Below, in pieces: positions 8,852 through 16,713 of a stretch of DNA of 40,731 bases. Numbering within the stretch: the first letter of the stretch is position 1; every line of letters starts with the position of its first letter. A model generated the notes under the pieces. That model had not been told where the DNA came from and did not search any database. It worked only from the letters and a program-made list of their open reading frames with translations. The DNA is from a virus. Where the stretch lies: the IMG/VR virus record IMGVR_UViG_3300050161_000195; one strand, written 5' to 3'. The translations under genes and the position numbers were made by a program.

Positions 8852-9931
8852 ATCGAAGTCGATAACGGGCGAAAGCGCCTGTTCGGCCATGCGTCTTTGC
8901 TCCACCGCCGCAGTGTAAACGCCGACCTGTTTGCTGGTGGTCCACCCGCCCAGGCCCATGAGTTCTCGGTCGCTGGCACCCAGCTCCGCAGCGCGGCGCG
9001 TGGTGGCCTTGCGCAGGCCATGGGCGCTGCAGTGAGGCAGGCCGGCTTCGTCGCACCACTGGCGCATCTTGTTGCCCAGACCGGCGCGGGAGAAGGGCTT
9101 GCCGAACTCGGTTACTAGGTATGTCTCTGTCCCGGTGACCTTCGTCGCCTCGATCGCTTCCAGCAGCTGCGGCGCGATCGGCAGCCACATGGTTTTATCG
9201 GTCTTGCGCGCGTGAAATTCAAAGCGGCCGTCAACGATATGGCGGCGGCCGAAGGTGCTGGCATCCCCGCGCCGCTGTGCGGTCCAGAGAAAGATTTCCA
9301 GCGCGAGGCGCGCCATGGTGCCCAGTGCGTGGTGGGCGCGGTATTGCGCGATTTCAGCCTCGGTCCAGGTGTGGAAGCCGCCGCGTGGCACCGAGATCGG
9401 CGCGGCCTGGTCGACCGGGTTGGGCTGCATCAGGCCGAGTAGCTTGATCGCATAGTCGAAGAACGGCTTCAGTTCGCCGCGCAGGTTGTTGGCCGCGCTG
9501 GGCCCACCCCGCTTTCGCCCCTTGGCATCGGCCCAGGGGCGCGCCGCTTTCATCAGCACTGCCTCGATATGGTCGAAGCGAAAGTCGGCTATTCGGTCCT
9601 GGCCGACATCGTTCTCGCTGACGAACTTATCGAGGATGAGCCGCGAGGTCTGCTCGGTCTGGCTGTTCTTCCGGCCGAGGAAGGCGGGCGATGCAAGGTA
9701 GCGGGCGAGAGCCCAGGCGACCGTGCCGGGCGTATGCCGCTGGGCGGGGTCTGCGGGCGCGTTGGCGGCGAAAGCCTCCAGCTCGGCCTTGCCCTCAGGG
9801 CTGTTCGGGTGGTGTTGAAAATAGGCGCTGTGGCCCTTGTGGCGCCAGCGATACCGGCGCTTGCCATGGCGATCGACGAACGATGAGACGTGCGGCGGCA
9901 GCCGTTCCTTACGGGTCTTAGCGTTGGCCAT
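8828..9931 (-). CDS. int: Tyrosine recombinase / phage integrase
   Basis: 367 aa from ATG 9931 (MANAKTRKERLPP...). C-terminal catalytic signature AHGLRK...GGWTTSKQVGVYT (H-x-x-R, Tyr) and upstream TAQRRGD Arg. Confidence 0.92.
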   Translation of the reverse strand: MANAKTRKERLPPHVSSFVDRHGKRRYRWRHKGHSAYFQHHPNSPEGKAELEAFAANAPADPAQRHTPGTVAWALARYLASPAFLGRKNSQTEQTSRLILDKFVSENDVGQDRIADFRFDHIEAVLMKAARPWADAKGRKRGGPSAANNLRGELKPFFDYAIKLLGLMQPNPVDQAAPISVPRGGFHTWTEAEIAQYRAHHALGTMARLALEIFLWTAQRRGDASTFGRRHIVDGRFEFHARKTDKTMWLPIAPQLLEAIEATKVTGTETYLVTEFGKPFSRAGLGNKMRQWCDEAGLPHCSAHGLRKATTRRAAELGASDRELMGLGGWTTSKQVGVYTAAVEQRRMAEQALSPVIDFDLSNRSKE

Positions 9932-10106
9932 GCGGAAGCAGCCGATCGAGCTTGTTGGGGCGGGGCGCCGAATCGGCGCCCGCCGCATATATCACGATCT
10001 CACCCGTCGTCGTGATGGTCACCGTGCCCACGGCGATGCCCGCCGCCTGGCACCCTTTGACCGCGCGGGTGACATCGGCCTGATTGAAGGCGGCCCGGCG
10101 CGTCAT
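9918..10106 (-). CDS. Small protein overlapping the int start; candidate excisionase/RDF
   Basis: 62 aa (MTRRAAFNQADVTRAVKGCQAAGIAVGTVTITTTGEIVIY...). The 3' end overlaps the int ATG by 14 nt. The role is inferred from position only. Confidence 0.4.
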   Translation of the reverse strand: MTRRAAFNQADVTRAVKGCQAAGIAVGTVTITTTGEIVIYAAGADSAPRPNKLDRLLPHGQR

Positions 10107-10354
10107 TCCCAGCCCATCCTCTTGACCGGGCCGTTGCCGCGCCGTTCGTTGCACTTGCGGTGGGCGAGCTTGAGATTGTCGAGGGTTGAGCGGCCGCCGA
10201 GCGAGCGGGGCACGATATGATCGAGCGTGGCGAAATCCGGGTTCGCCCGGTTCTTGAACACCATCGGGGCGTGGCACAGGTGGCAATCATCGCCATCCCG
10301 TTCCCGCAGGAGTTTGCGCTTGCTGCACCGCCGACGGACCGCACGGTCGCCCAT
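10103..10354 (-). CDS. HNH endonuclease
   Basis: CHLCH...DHIVPRSLGGRSTLDNLKLAHRKCNERRGN. Confidence 0.85.
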   Translation of the reverse strand: MGDRAVRRRCSKRKLLRERDGDDCHLCHAPMVFKNRANPDFATLDHIVPRSLGGRSTLDNLKLAHRKCNERRGNGPVKRMGWE

Positions 10355-10956
10355 CAGACCGCCGCCTCATACTTGCCGGCCTCATTCCCCCAGGCGGTCC
10401 ACCCCGCGCGCGGGGTGCGGCTGAAGAGTTCGAGGCGGGTGACATCGCCAAACAGCTGCTCGAGCCCTTCGGCGGCCTGTTCCGGCTTGCGGCTGTGTTC
10501 GCGGGGCGGGGCGATGATGAGCTGGCGCACCGAGTGGCTGCAGACGGGCAGGCCCTTGCCCCGCTTGAACAGCCAGCAGGGTTCCACCTGTTTCCGGGTG
10601 TAATAGCCCATCGAGATCCGGGGCTCGGGAATGTCACCCGTGCGCGGATCGATCACCATGGCATCGACCAGGCGCTGCTTGGCCCAATAGAACAGGTCGG
10701 TCACGAAGCTGAAGCCCCAGGCATCGGCCAGCATGAACATCTGATCGAGATGGCTGCCGATACCCCACAGGGCGAGCACGGCATCATCGGCCGCGATCCG
10801 GCGCACCGGAAGGCTGCGCAGTTCATCCAGCGGCATGGTGCGATAGTGATCCGGCCCGCGCCGCTGGGTGGGCGTGCGGGTGGCGCCGTTGAACATCACC
10901 GTCTGCCACGGCGGATCGGCGTAGATCAGCTGGAAGGGACCGCGGGGCAGGGTCAC
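10354..10956 (-). CDS. MT-A70 family DNA N6-adenine methyltransferase
   Basis: IYADPPWQ (DPPW motif) near the N-terminus. 200 aa. Confidence 0.85.
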   Translation of the reverse strand: MTLPRGPFQLIYADPPWQTVMFNGATRTPTQRRGPDHYRTMPLDELRSLPVRRIAADDAVLALWGIGSHLDQMFMLADAWGFSFVTDLFYWAKQRLVDAMVIDPRTGDIPEPRISMGYYTRKQVEPCWLFKRGKGLPVCSHSVRQLIIAPPREHSRKPEQAAEGLEQLFGDVTRLELFSRTPRAGWTAWGNEAGKYEAAV

Positions 10957-11195
10957 TCGGCAATCCCGGCATAGTTGGGCAGGAGCGGTTGGCCCGGAAC
11001 CTTGTCGCCATGACCAAGCGTCCGCAGGGCTTCGGCATAGCGTTCGGCGGCCGCGCGCTGGGCGCGGGCAGTGGTCATGGCCAAGGCAGCCTGCCGCTCA
11101 TGTTCCTGTGCCTCCGCCGTTGCCTTACGGTAGCGATCGAACAGCACGCGCTCGGCCGTGCCCGGGTCAAACGGGTTGACGCGCACCCTGCTCAT
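10953..11195 (-). CDS. Hypothetical protein
   Basis: 80 aa. Start and stop overlap both neighbours. High GC3. Confidence 0.5.
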   Translation of the reverse strand: MSRVRVNPFDPGTAERVLFDRYRKATAEAQEHERQAALAMTTARAQRAAAERYAEALRTLGHGDKVPGQPLLPNYAGIAE

Positions 11196-12628
11196 TCGGT
11201 CGGCGCCCCTTCTTCAGTGTGGGCATCTTCGGCCTCGATCGCGGCCTCGGCCGCGGCTGCGCGGCGCGCCGCTTCGGCGGCGGCTTCTTCGTCGACCAAG
11301 CGTAGGGCTTCTTCGCGGCGGGCTTCCAGCTCGGCCACGGTGGTGCGGATCTGCACGGCGATCAGCACATGGTCATCGCTGGCATCGTCAGTTTCGACGG
11401 CGCACACCCATTCGTCCTGCGGCAAGATAAAATCGAGTGCCTGCCCGCTTTCGATCAGCTGGCGGGCGATCAATTGTCCCGCGCGAAACCCAGCTATCCT
11501 CTGGCGGCGGCGTTCTGCCCAATCCACTTCCTGAGGTGCTGGGAGCGCGTCACCCCCGGCCGGCGCCTCCTTCACCGGGCCGAAGTGGCCGAGGTATTCG
11601 AGCCCTTCGCCAGCGCCATCGATGCGATAGACGGCTACGCAGGGCTTGCGCTGGGCCTTTTTCGTGGCTTCCAGCTGGGGCCTCCAGCCCGTTACCTTCT
11701 CGAACCCATCGGGCGCCTTGGGCCAGTTCGGTGAGTGATCGTACCCGCCGAAGGACAGCAGGCCATCCTTGAACCCGTCCTTCTTGGCCTGCCCGCCCGC
11801 AAGCGTGGCGCCGTATTCCTTGGCCAGCTTTTCGAGCAGGGTCACGTCGATGATCCGTTCCTGGCCGGCATCGCCCATGAACATTTCGGCCTCGACCCGG
11901 CCGCCAGCGGCACGGTAATCATCGAGGCCGACGAAGCGGACCAGCTTGGAATCCAGCGGCAAGGTGCGGCCGCGCATGGCATCGCGGACGGTGGGCGCGT
12001 GGTGGGGCTGCCACTTGGCCTTTTCCTGGGCGGCGAAGACCTTGAGCTGGTGTTCGTGATCGCTGGTGATCGCATAGGCCTTGGCGCTTTCCACGCCGAT
12101 CTTGCCGGTGCGCAGGGCATCCAGCACTTCGGGGGCGAGGGCGGCGAGGCGCAGGCGACCTTCGACATGGGTGCGGGTGACGCCGAAGCGTTTGGCGCAG
12201 GTGGCGATCGGATCGCCCTCGCCCTTCTTCTCGGCCTGGTCGACGATCGCGGCGAAGGCTTCGAATTCGTCGGCCGGGTTCATGGCCACGCGGTGGAGGT
12301 TTTCCGAAAGGCTGGTCTGCCTTGCGGACTCGCGCGGTTCCACCATGACGGGCACGGGCCAATCGTGCTCCAGCCTGCCATCCTCGGCGAGCAGCTGCAG
12401 CGCCTGGAGGCGGCGGCCGCCGGCGACGACCTCGAACTTGTCGCCATAGTTGCTGCCTTCGGGCAGATCGACCGTGGAGAAATGGGCCGGGATGACGACC
12501 AGGTTCTGCTTCAGCCCGCTGGCGGCGATGTCTTCGGCCAGGGTGGCGATATCGGCATCGCGTTCGGTCTGGCGAACATTGAGCGTGGACAGGGCGAGGC
12601 AGTGAAGCGGCAGGGTCTGCATGGACAT
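11192..12628 (-). CDS. ParB-like nuclease/partition domain protein
   Basis: 478 aa from ATG 12628 (GAGGAT RBS; the track ORF extends to 12820). N-terminal LNVRQTERD...IAASGLKQNLVV...FEVVAGGRRLQAL ParB/Srx-type motif. Acidic Ala-rich C-terminus. Confidence 0.75.
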   Translation of the reverse strand: MSMQTLPLHCLALSTLNVRQTERDADIATLAEDIAASGLKQNLVVIPAHFSTVDLPEGSNYGDKFEVVAGGRRLQALQLLAEDGRLEHDWPVPVMVEPRESARQTSLSENLHRVAMNPADEFEAFAAIVDQAEKKGEGDPIATCAKRFGVTRTHVEGRLRLAALAPEVLDALRTGKIGVESAKAYAITSDHEHQLKVFAAQEKAKWQPHHAPTVRDAMRGRTLPLDSKLVRFVGLDDYRAAGGRVEAEMFMGDAGQERIIDVTLLEKLAKEYGATLAGGQAKKDGFKDGLLSFGGYDHSPNWPKAPDGFEKVTGWRPQLEATKKAQRKPCVAVYRIDGAGEGLEYLGHFGPVKEAPAGGDALPAPQEVDWAERRRQRIAGFRAGQLIARQLIESGQALDFILPQDEWVCAVETDDASDDHVLIAVQIRTTVAELEARREEALRLVDEEAAAEAARRAAAAEAAIEAEDAHTEEGAPTE

Positions 12629-12671
12629 GGTGGCGATCCTCAAATCGTGAAGGGGGCGGGGCGCAGCGCGA

Positions 12672-13696
12672 TCAGGCCTTGAGCTTGCAGTGGGAATCGC
12701 GGCAGGCGTTGACCTCGGCATGGGTGCACATGCGGTCGCACTGGTCGCAGAAGGCCTTGCCGCTGCGGGCGAGCGCGGCGATCGCCGCGGGGGAAGCCGC
12801 CCGGGCCGGGGCGCTGGCAAGGGGGGGCGTGGTTACGACCGGCGCTGCCCGGGATGAAGGCGGGAGAGCAGCGCCGGTCGCGCCAACCTTGCCGCGCGCC
12901 TGGTCAATGATGACGCGGGCGAGGGCGGCAGGGCCGGAAAGGACGGGGTAGCGTTCGCGGAAGATCTTGCCCCGCAGGATCCAGCCATCGGGATCGGCCT
13001 TGGCCAGGCTGGCGATGATGGCGGCGGCGCTGTCCTGCTCTTCCAGCAGGTTGACGAACAGGAAGCCCAGCGCATTGAGCAGGGTGGCGGCCTGTCGGAC
13101 CGGCTGATCCGGGTAGGCGGCGCGCAGGGTGGTGAGGCCGAAGCGGACAGCGTCGGCGCTCTTTTCGCGCAGCTGGCGGACCAGCATGGGCGCGCACTGC
13201 AGTTCACCCGGGCCGTAGGAGGCGACATTGGAATGGCGGCGGATGGTCCACCCCGTTTCCGCGATCATGTCCTGCACCAGCTTGGCATCGGCTTCGCCAG
13301 CGGCGAGCATGCCGAAGAAGATATCGGCCTGGCTGAGCCGCTGGCGCTGTTCGTTGAGGGCGACGAAGGTCTTGGCCTCTTCGCTGATGGCGATGCCGCC
13401 CAGGATCACGCAGGGCAGGTGCGGGATATCGCCCCGCGCGGCGGCGCCGGCGTGGCGGCCTGTCCATCGAGGATGAACAGGCCGCCATCGGCCCGGCGGC
13501 TGACCACCAAGGGCTGGCACAGGGTCCAGTCCCAGCCCTTGACCATGGCGGCGATGATCTTGCGCGAGGCCGGGCTATCGGTGGCGCGTTGATAGGCGCG
13601 ATCGACCGAAAGGCGATCGACGGAGCACCATTCCAGCGAGGGCGGATTGCCCTGTTGCGGTGGAAGTTGCGTTTCCTTTGCGGGGGTCTTGGCCAT
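12672..13696 (-). pseudogene. ParB N-terminal-like (DGQHR-type, DUF6551-like) gene split by a frameshift near 13452-13465
   Basis: Frame A (13696..13406) ends ...GGLFILDGQ then out-of-family sequence and a stop. Frame B (13520..12672) continues with GRHAGAAARGDIPHLPCVILGGIAISEEAKTFVALNEQRQRLSQADIF. Together they read as one ParB-like domain. Cys-rich C-terminus CDQCDRMCTHAEVNACRDSHC. Confidence 0.6.
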
Positions 13697-13770
13697 GGTT
13701 CAGTCCTTGGCGGCGCGGCGAGGTTCGATCGCGGCGAGGGTGGCAAAACAGGCGATGAGGAGCAGCGCGG

Positions 13771-14244
13771 TCACGCCGCCAGCCGATCGAATTCGGCATG
13801 GACGGGGGCGAGGGCCAGCAGGGTATCGGCGTGGCACCATTCGCTGGTGAGCGGGCACCAACAGGCAAGATCATGCCCGGCCAGCTGGTGCAGCCTGGTC
13901 ATCACCCGTTCGTGCAGGCGGTGGAGGCCATCGATCTCGGCCGGGTGAAAGCCCATCCGCTCAAGGGTGAGATCGCCGACCCTGCCGGCCAGCCATTCCT
14001 TATGAAGGATGACCGAGCGGGCGTGGTTCACGCCCCGGCCCTGGAAGGGATTGCCCCAGATCGTGGGGCGGCCGACATAGATTGTGCCTTCGGGCAGGAC
14101 ACTGCCCTTGCGGCGGGGCCGCTGGATGCGCTGGGCGCGCGGAACAGGGCCAAGGGTTGAACGCGGGGGCAAAGCCCCCGGCGTTCCGAGATGGCCCAAA
14201 GTGTACTCACACACTGGCCATCTCCACTGCGGCAAGTTCAACAT
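13771..14244 (-). CDS. DUF4326 domain protein
   Basis: GRPTIWGNPF and LACWCPLTSEWCHADTLLALA motifs. The true start is probably internal (GTG overlapping the upstream stop at about 14211), because 14207..14244 overlaps the preceding gene. Confidence 0.8.
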   Translation of the reverse strand: MLNLPQWRWPVCEYTLGHLGTPGALPPRSTLGPVPRAQRIQRPRRKGSVLPEGTIYVGRPTIWGNPFQGRGVNHARSVILHKEWLAGRVGDLTLERMGFHPAEIDGLHRLHERVMTRLHQLAGHDLACWCPLTSEWCHADTLLALAPVHAEFDRLAA

Positions 14245-15298
14245 CGATCAGCTGGAACAGCGTTTCGGCGAAGGCTTTCCAAGCCGCCGCCGCTTCCGCC
14301 GCCCAAGCCGCCGCTTCCGCCGCCCAAGCCGCCGCTTCCGCCGCCGCTTCCGCCGCCCAAGCCGCCGCTTCCGCCGCCCAAGCCGCCGCTTCCGCCGCCG
14401 CTTCCGCCGCCGCTTCCGCCGCCCAAGCCGCCGCTTCCGCCGCCCTAGCCGCCGCTTCCGCCGCCGCTTCCGCCGCCGCTTCCGCCGCCCAAGCCGCCGC
14501 TTCCGCCGCCCTAGCCGCCGCCCTAGCCGCCGCTTCCGCCGCCCTAGCCGCCGCTTCCGCCGCCGCTTCCGCCGCCCAAGCCGCCGCTTCCGCCGCCCTA
14601 GCCGCCGCCCTAGCCGCCGCTTCCGCCGCCCTAGCCGCCGCCTTTGCCTCCTCCAGGCCCGTCCCGGTCTGGAGCGCGGTGCACACCTGATCGCAGGCCG
14701 CCACCACGCCGGGCCAGTATTCCGGCGGATTGTCCTGGTGAACCGCGCTGGCGGCGCTGATGGCCTGCCTAACGCCCGCGATCAGCAGGCCGGTCTGGAT
14801 GCGATCCCAGGCGGCATCGTCCAGGGCGTGCCAGCGGGCGGCGCGGTCGATCAGTTCGCCGCTGAACCACAGCACCTGGTCCTTGGCGATACCGTCATCG
14901 ATCGCGGGGACCAGCGATGCCATCCATGGGGGCATGAGGTCCGCCGGGCAATCGCCCGACCCGTTGATATCCGGCCCGAAGGCGGCGAGGGCGCAGACCA
15001 GTTCGCGGCCCTGTTCATCCTGGGTGCGCCAGGTGTTCTGGGTGATCGTGCCGGCGGCATGATACCCGCGGGCGAGAGCGATGCGATCGGCGATGGTGAG
15101 GGTAGGCGCAGTGGTCGTGTCAGCCATGATCGGCTCCTGTTGGGGGCTGGTTGAGAAGGGGAGGTATTTGCGCCACCAGGGCAGCCGCTTGCGGGCGCGC
15201 CATTCGGCCATCGGCAGCGGCTTTTCCGCCGGGGGCGGCATGGCCGAGCCGGTGTTGAGCGACCGGGCGTGCTGCGCGACGGTGTAGGCGCGGGCCAT
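14207..15298 (-). CDS. Hypothetical protein with C-terminal (E/R/W)-polyalanine repeat region
   Basis: 363 aa if started at ATG 15298, which overlaps the upstream TGA; GC3 stays high from there. An alternative ATG at 15127 has a perfect AGGAG RBS. The track ORF runs to 15640. Confidence 0.65.
   Translation of the reverse strand: MARAYTVAQHARSLNTGSAMPPPAEKPLPMAEWRARKRLPWWRKYLPFSTSPQQEPIMADTTTAPTLTIADRIALARGYHAAGTITQNTWRTQDEQGRELVCALAAFGPDINGSGDCPADLMPPWMASLVPAIDDGIAKDQVLWFSGELIDRAARWHALDDAAWDRIQTGLLIAGVRQAISAASAVHQDNPPEYWPGVVAACDQVCTALQTGTGLEEAKAAARAAEAAARAAARAAEAAAWAAEAAAEAAARAAEAAARAAARAAEAAAWAAEAAAEAAAEAAARAAEAAAWAAEAAAEAAAEAAAWAAEAAAWAAEAAAEAAAWAAEAAAWAAEAAAAWKAFAETLFQLIDVELAAVEMASV
14281..14650. 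repeat. Nested in-frame tandem repeat (12-nt and 9-nt modules; 87-nt higher-order duplication at 14463-14549 / 14550-14636)
   Basis: The array is built only from GCCGCTTCCGCC, GCCCAAGCC, GCCCTAGCC and GCC. Confidence 0.95.
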
Positions 15299-15432
15299 CA
15301 CTCGCAGTGGACCTTGGCGCATTCGTATTTGAACACGGCGTGGTCGATCTGGGTGAGGATGGGCCAGCCCACGATCTGCACGGCGGCGATGATCAGGACG
15401 GCGAGCACGATATCGCGCGGGGAGAGCGCCAT
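15298..15432 (-). CDS. Small membrane protein (44 aa)
   Basis: MALSPRDIVLAVLIIAAVQIVGWPILTQ... AAGGAGG RBS. The ATG overlaps the upstream TAA (TAATG) and its stop overlaps the next ATG. Confidence 0.5.
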   Translation of the reverse strand: MALSPRDIVLAVLIIAAVQIVGWPILTQIDHAVFKYECAKVHCE

Positions 15433-15911
15433 TACGCGGCCTCCTTTTCGGTGCAGGGCACGGTGATCGCCGGGGGCGGGACATCGTGGCGGCCATTGGG
15501 ATCGAAGCGCAGGTGGCGGGCGAGATCGGCGAGGGCGACGGCGGCCGCGCATTGCTCCGGCGTTTCGAGCGGGCCGTGCAGGGCATCGTCGCGCGCCTTG
15601 GCCAGCACCGGGGCCCAGAGGCGGCGGGGGCAGATTTCATCGGCCAGCAGCCCGCGCGCCTCGGCCTCAGTCACGTCCTTGCGGGCATCATTGGGCCAGA
15701 TCTGGACCACGCGGCGGCCGCAGAGGCCATCTTCCAGCTCGGGCAGATCGGCGCCGACCAGGCAGGCGATGGCCAGCCACGGGCGCAGGTGATCGGTGGC
15801 GCGGCGGGCATCCATGAGCCCGCTGCGGACCAGTTCGCGCGCCTTGGCCTGCCGCTGGCGGAATGCCTGGGCGGCGGCGCGGGAGATATCGGGTTCGATG
15901 GTAGGGGACAT
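15432..15911 (-). CDS. Hypothetical protein, first gene of the leftward operon
   Basis: 159 aa. GGAGG RBS. Located just downstream of the putative leftward promoter. Confidence 0.6.
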   Translation of the reverse strand: MSPTIEPDISRAAAQAFRQRQAKARELVRSGLMDARRATDHLRPWLAIACLVGADLPELEDGLCGRRVVQIWPNDARKDVTEAEARGLLADEICPRRLWAPVLAKARDDALHGPLETPEQCAAAVALADLARHLRFDPNGRHDVPPPAITVPCTEKEAA

Positions 15912-15942
15912 GGGTGCCTCCGTCTGTGACGGGGCAGCTTAT

Positions 15943-15992
15943 GGTGTGACAATGCACACCATGTCAATCTAAAAAGTGTGGTATATCACACT
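15943..15992 (-). promoter_or_regulatory. Leftward early promoter with operators O1 (15943-15960) and O2 (15975-15992)
   Basis: GGTGTG-ACAATG-CACACC and AGTGTG-GTATAT-CACACT palindromes, centres 32 bp apart. A minus-strand TTGACA (-35, plus coordinates 15962-15967) lies 1 nt upstream of O1. Confidence 0.6.
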
Positions 15993-16713
15993 ATCCGAAG
16001 AAGCGCTTCCATAGGGAAGGTTTGGGCTGGCGGATCGGTGCGACGAGAGTCGGTCTGATCCGGGCGGCCCCTTCAAGCCTTTCGATCAACTCGGCATCGG
16101 TGAGGATCGGCGCGTTGTATTTGGCCAGAAGTTCGCGGCTGGATCGGCAGAATTCGGCATGCAGTGTGGCGAGGGCCTCTACGGGCATTGCCCGGGTGAC
16201 TTTGCAGGACGGGCAATCAATGGCGCTGTCCGAGGTGATGCCGCCCAGCGGGAGGTTGTATATGGCCCCGCATTCGCAGGTGATCGGGATTATCATCGCC
16301 GAAATTATCATGGCCAGATGATCGGGAGCGGCGGCTTTGGTTGGCGCCGAAGTTGCGGGGGCCGTGAGGGTGGTTCTTTGCGATGGACCAGACCGGCCGT
16401 ATGTCCGGTGGGGGAGATCATCATCCGTAAGGGTCACGTCGAGTACGACGCCAAGGGCGCCGCCGGGGGCGCGGGCGATGTCCTTAATGGTGGCGGTGAC
16501 GCCCCGGCCTTGATCGAATATGGCATCGCGAAGCCAAGATGATCTTGCAATATAGCCGATGGTTTTGCCGCAGGCATTTTCTACGCGCAGCGCTTGGCTG
16601 TCGTAAGGGTTGCCTTCTTCGAAGCATATCCAAGCCCGTTCACCTGGTGATGTGCGACTTATTTCGGTCTGGTAGTTCGTTTCTCCGACTATCCCGACCG
16701 AATATAATTTCAT
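15991..16713 (-). CDS. HIRAN domain protein with C-terminal zinc-ribbon-like CxC...CxxC
   Basis: 240 aa from ATG 16713, which overlaps the repressor stop (ATGA). VGETNYQ...EEGNPYDSQALRV...GKTIGYIARS is the HIRAN signature. ITCECG...CPSCK follows. GC is lower than the surroundings. Confidence 0.8.
   Translation of the reverse strand: MKLYSVGIVGETNYQTEISRTSPGERAWICFEEGNPYDSQALRVENACGKTIGYIARSSWLRDAIFDQGRGVTATIKDIARAPGGALGVVLDVTLTDDDLPHRTYGRSGPSQRTTLTAPATSAPTKAAAPDHLAMIISAMIIPITCECGAIYNLPLGGITSDSAIDCPSCKVTRAMPVEALATLHAEFCRSSRELLAKYNAPILTDAELIERLEGAARIRPTLVAPIRQPKPSLWKRFFG

Noticed and set aside
12672-13696. Treating 13406..13696 and 12672..13520 as two independent overlapping genes
   Set aside because: The ParB-like motif is split between them (LDGQ | GRHAGAAA...PHLPCV), so a single gene with a frameshift explains the 115-nt overlap better.
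14281-14650. Possible CRISPR array, because of the highly regular short repeats
   Set aside because: Units are 9-12 nt with no unique spacers. The array is entirely in frame inside a high-GC3 coding sequence, and no cas genes are present.
14082-15154. Plus-strand ORFs across the repeat (AAASAAQ..., RRFRRPSRRF..., PPLPPPKPP... products)
   Set aside because: They are mirror or alternative frames of the minus-strand repeat gene, kept open only by the stop-free repeat composition. They have no RBS and would run against the operon direction.
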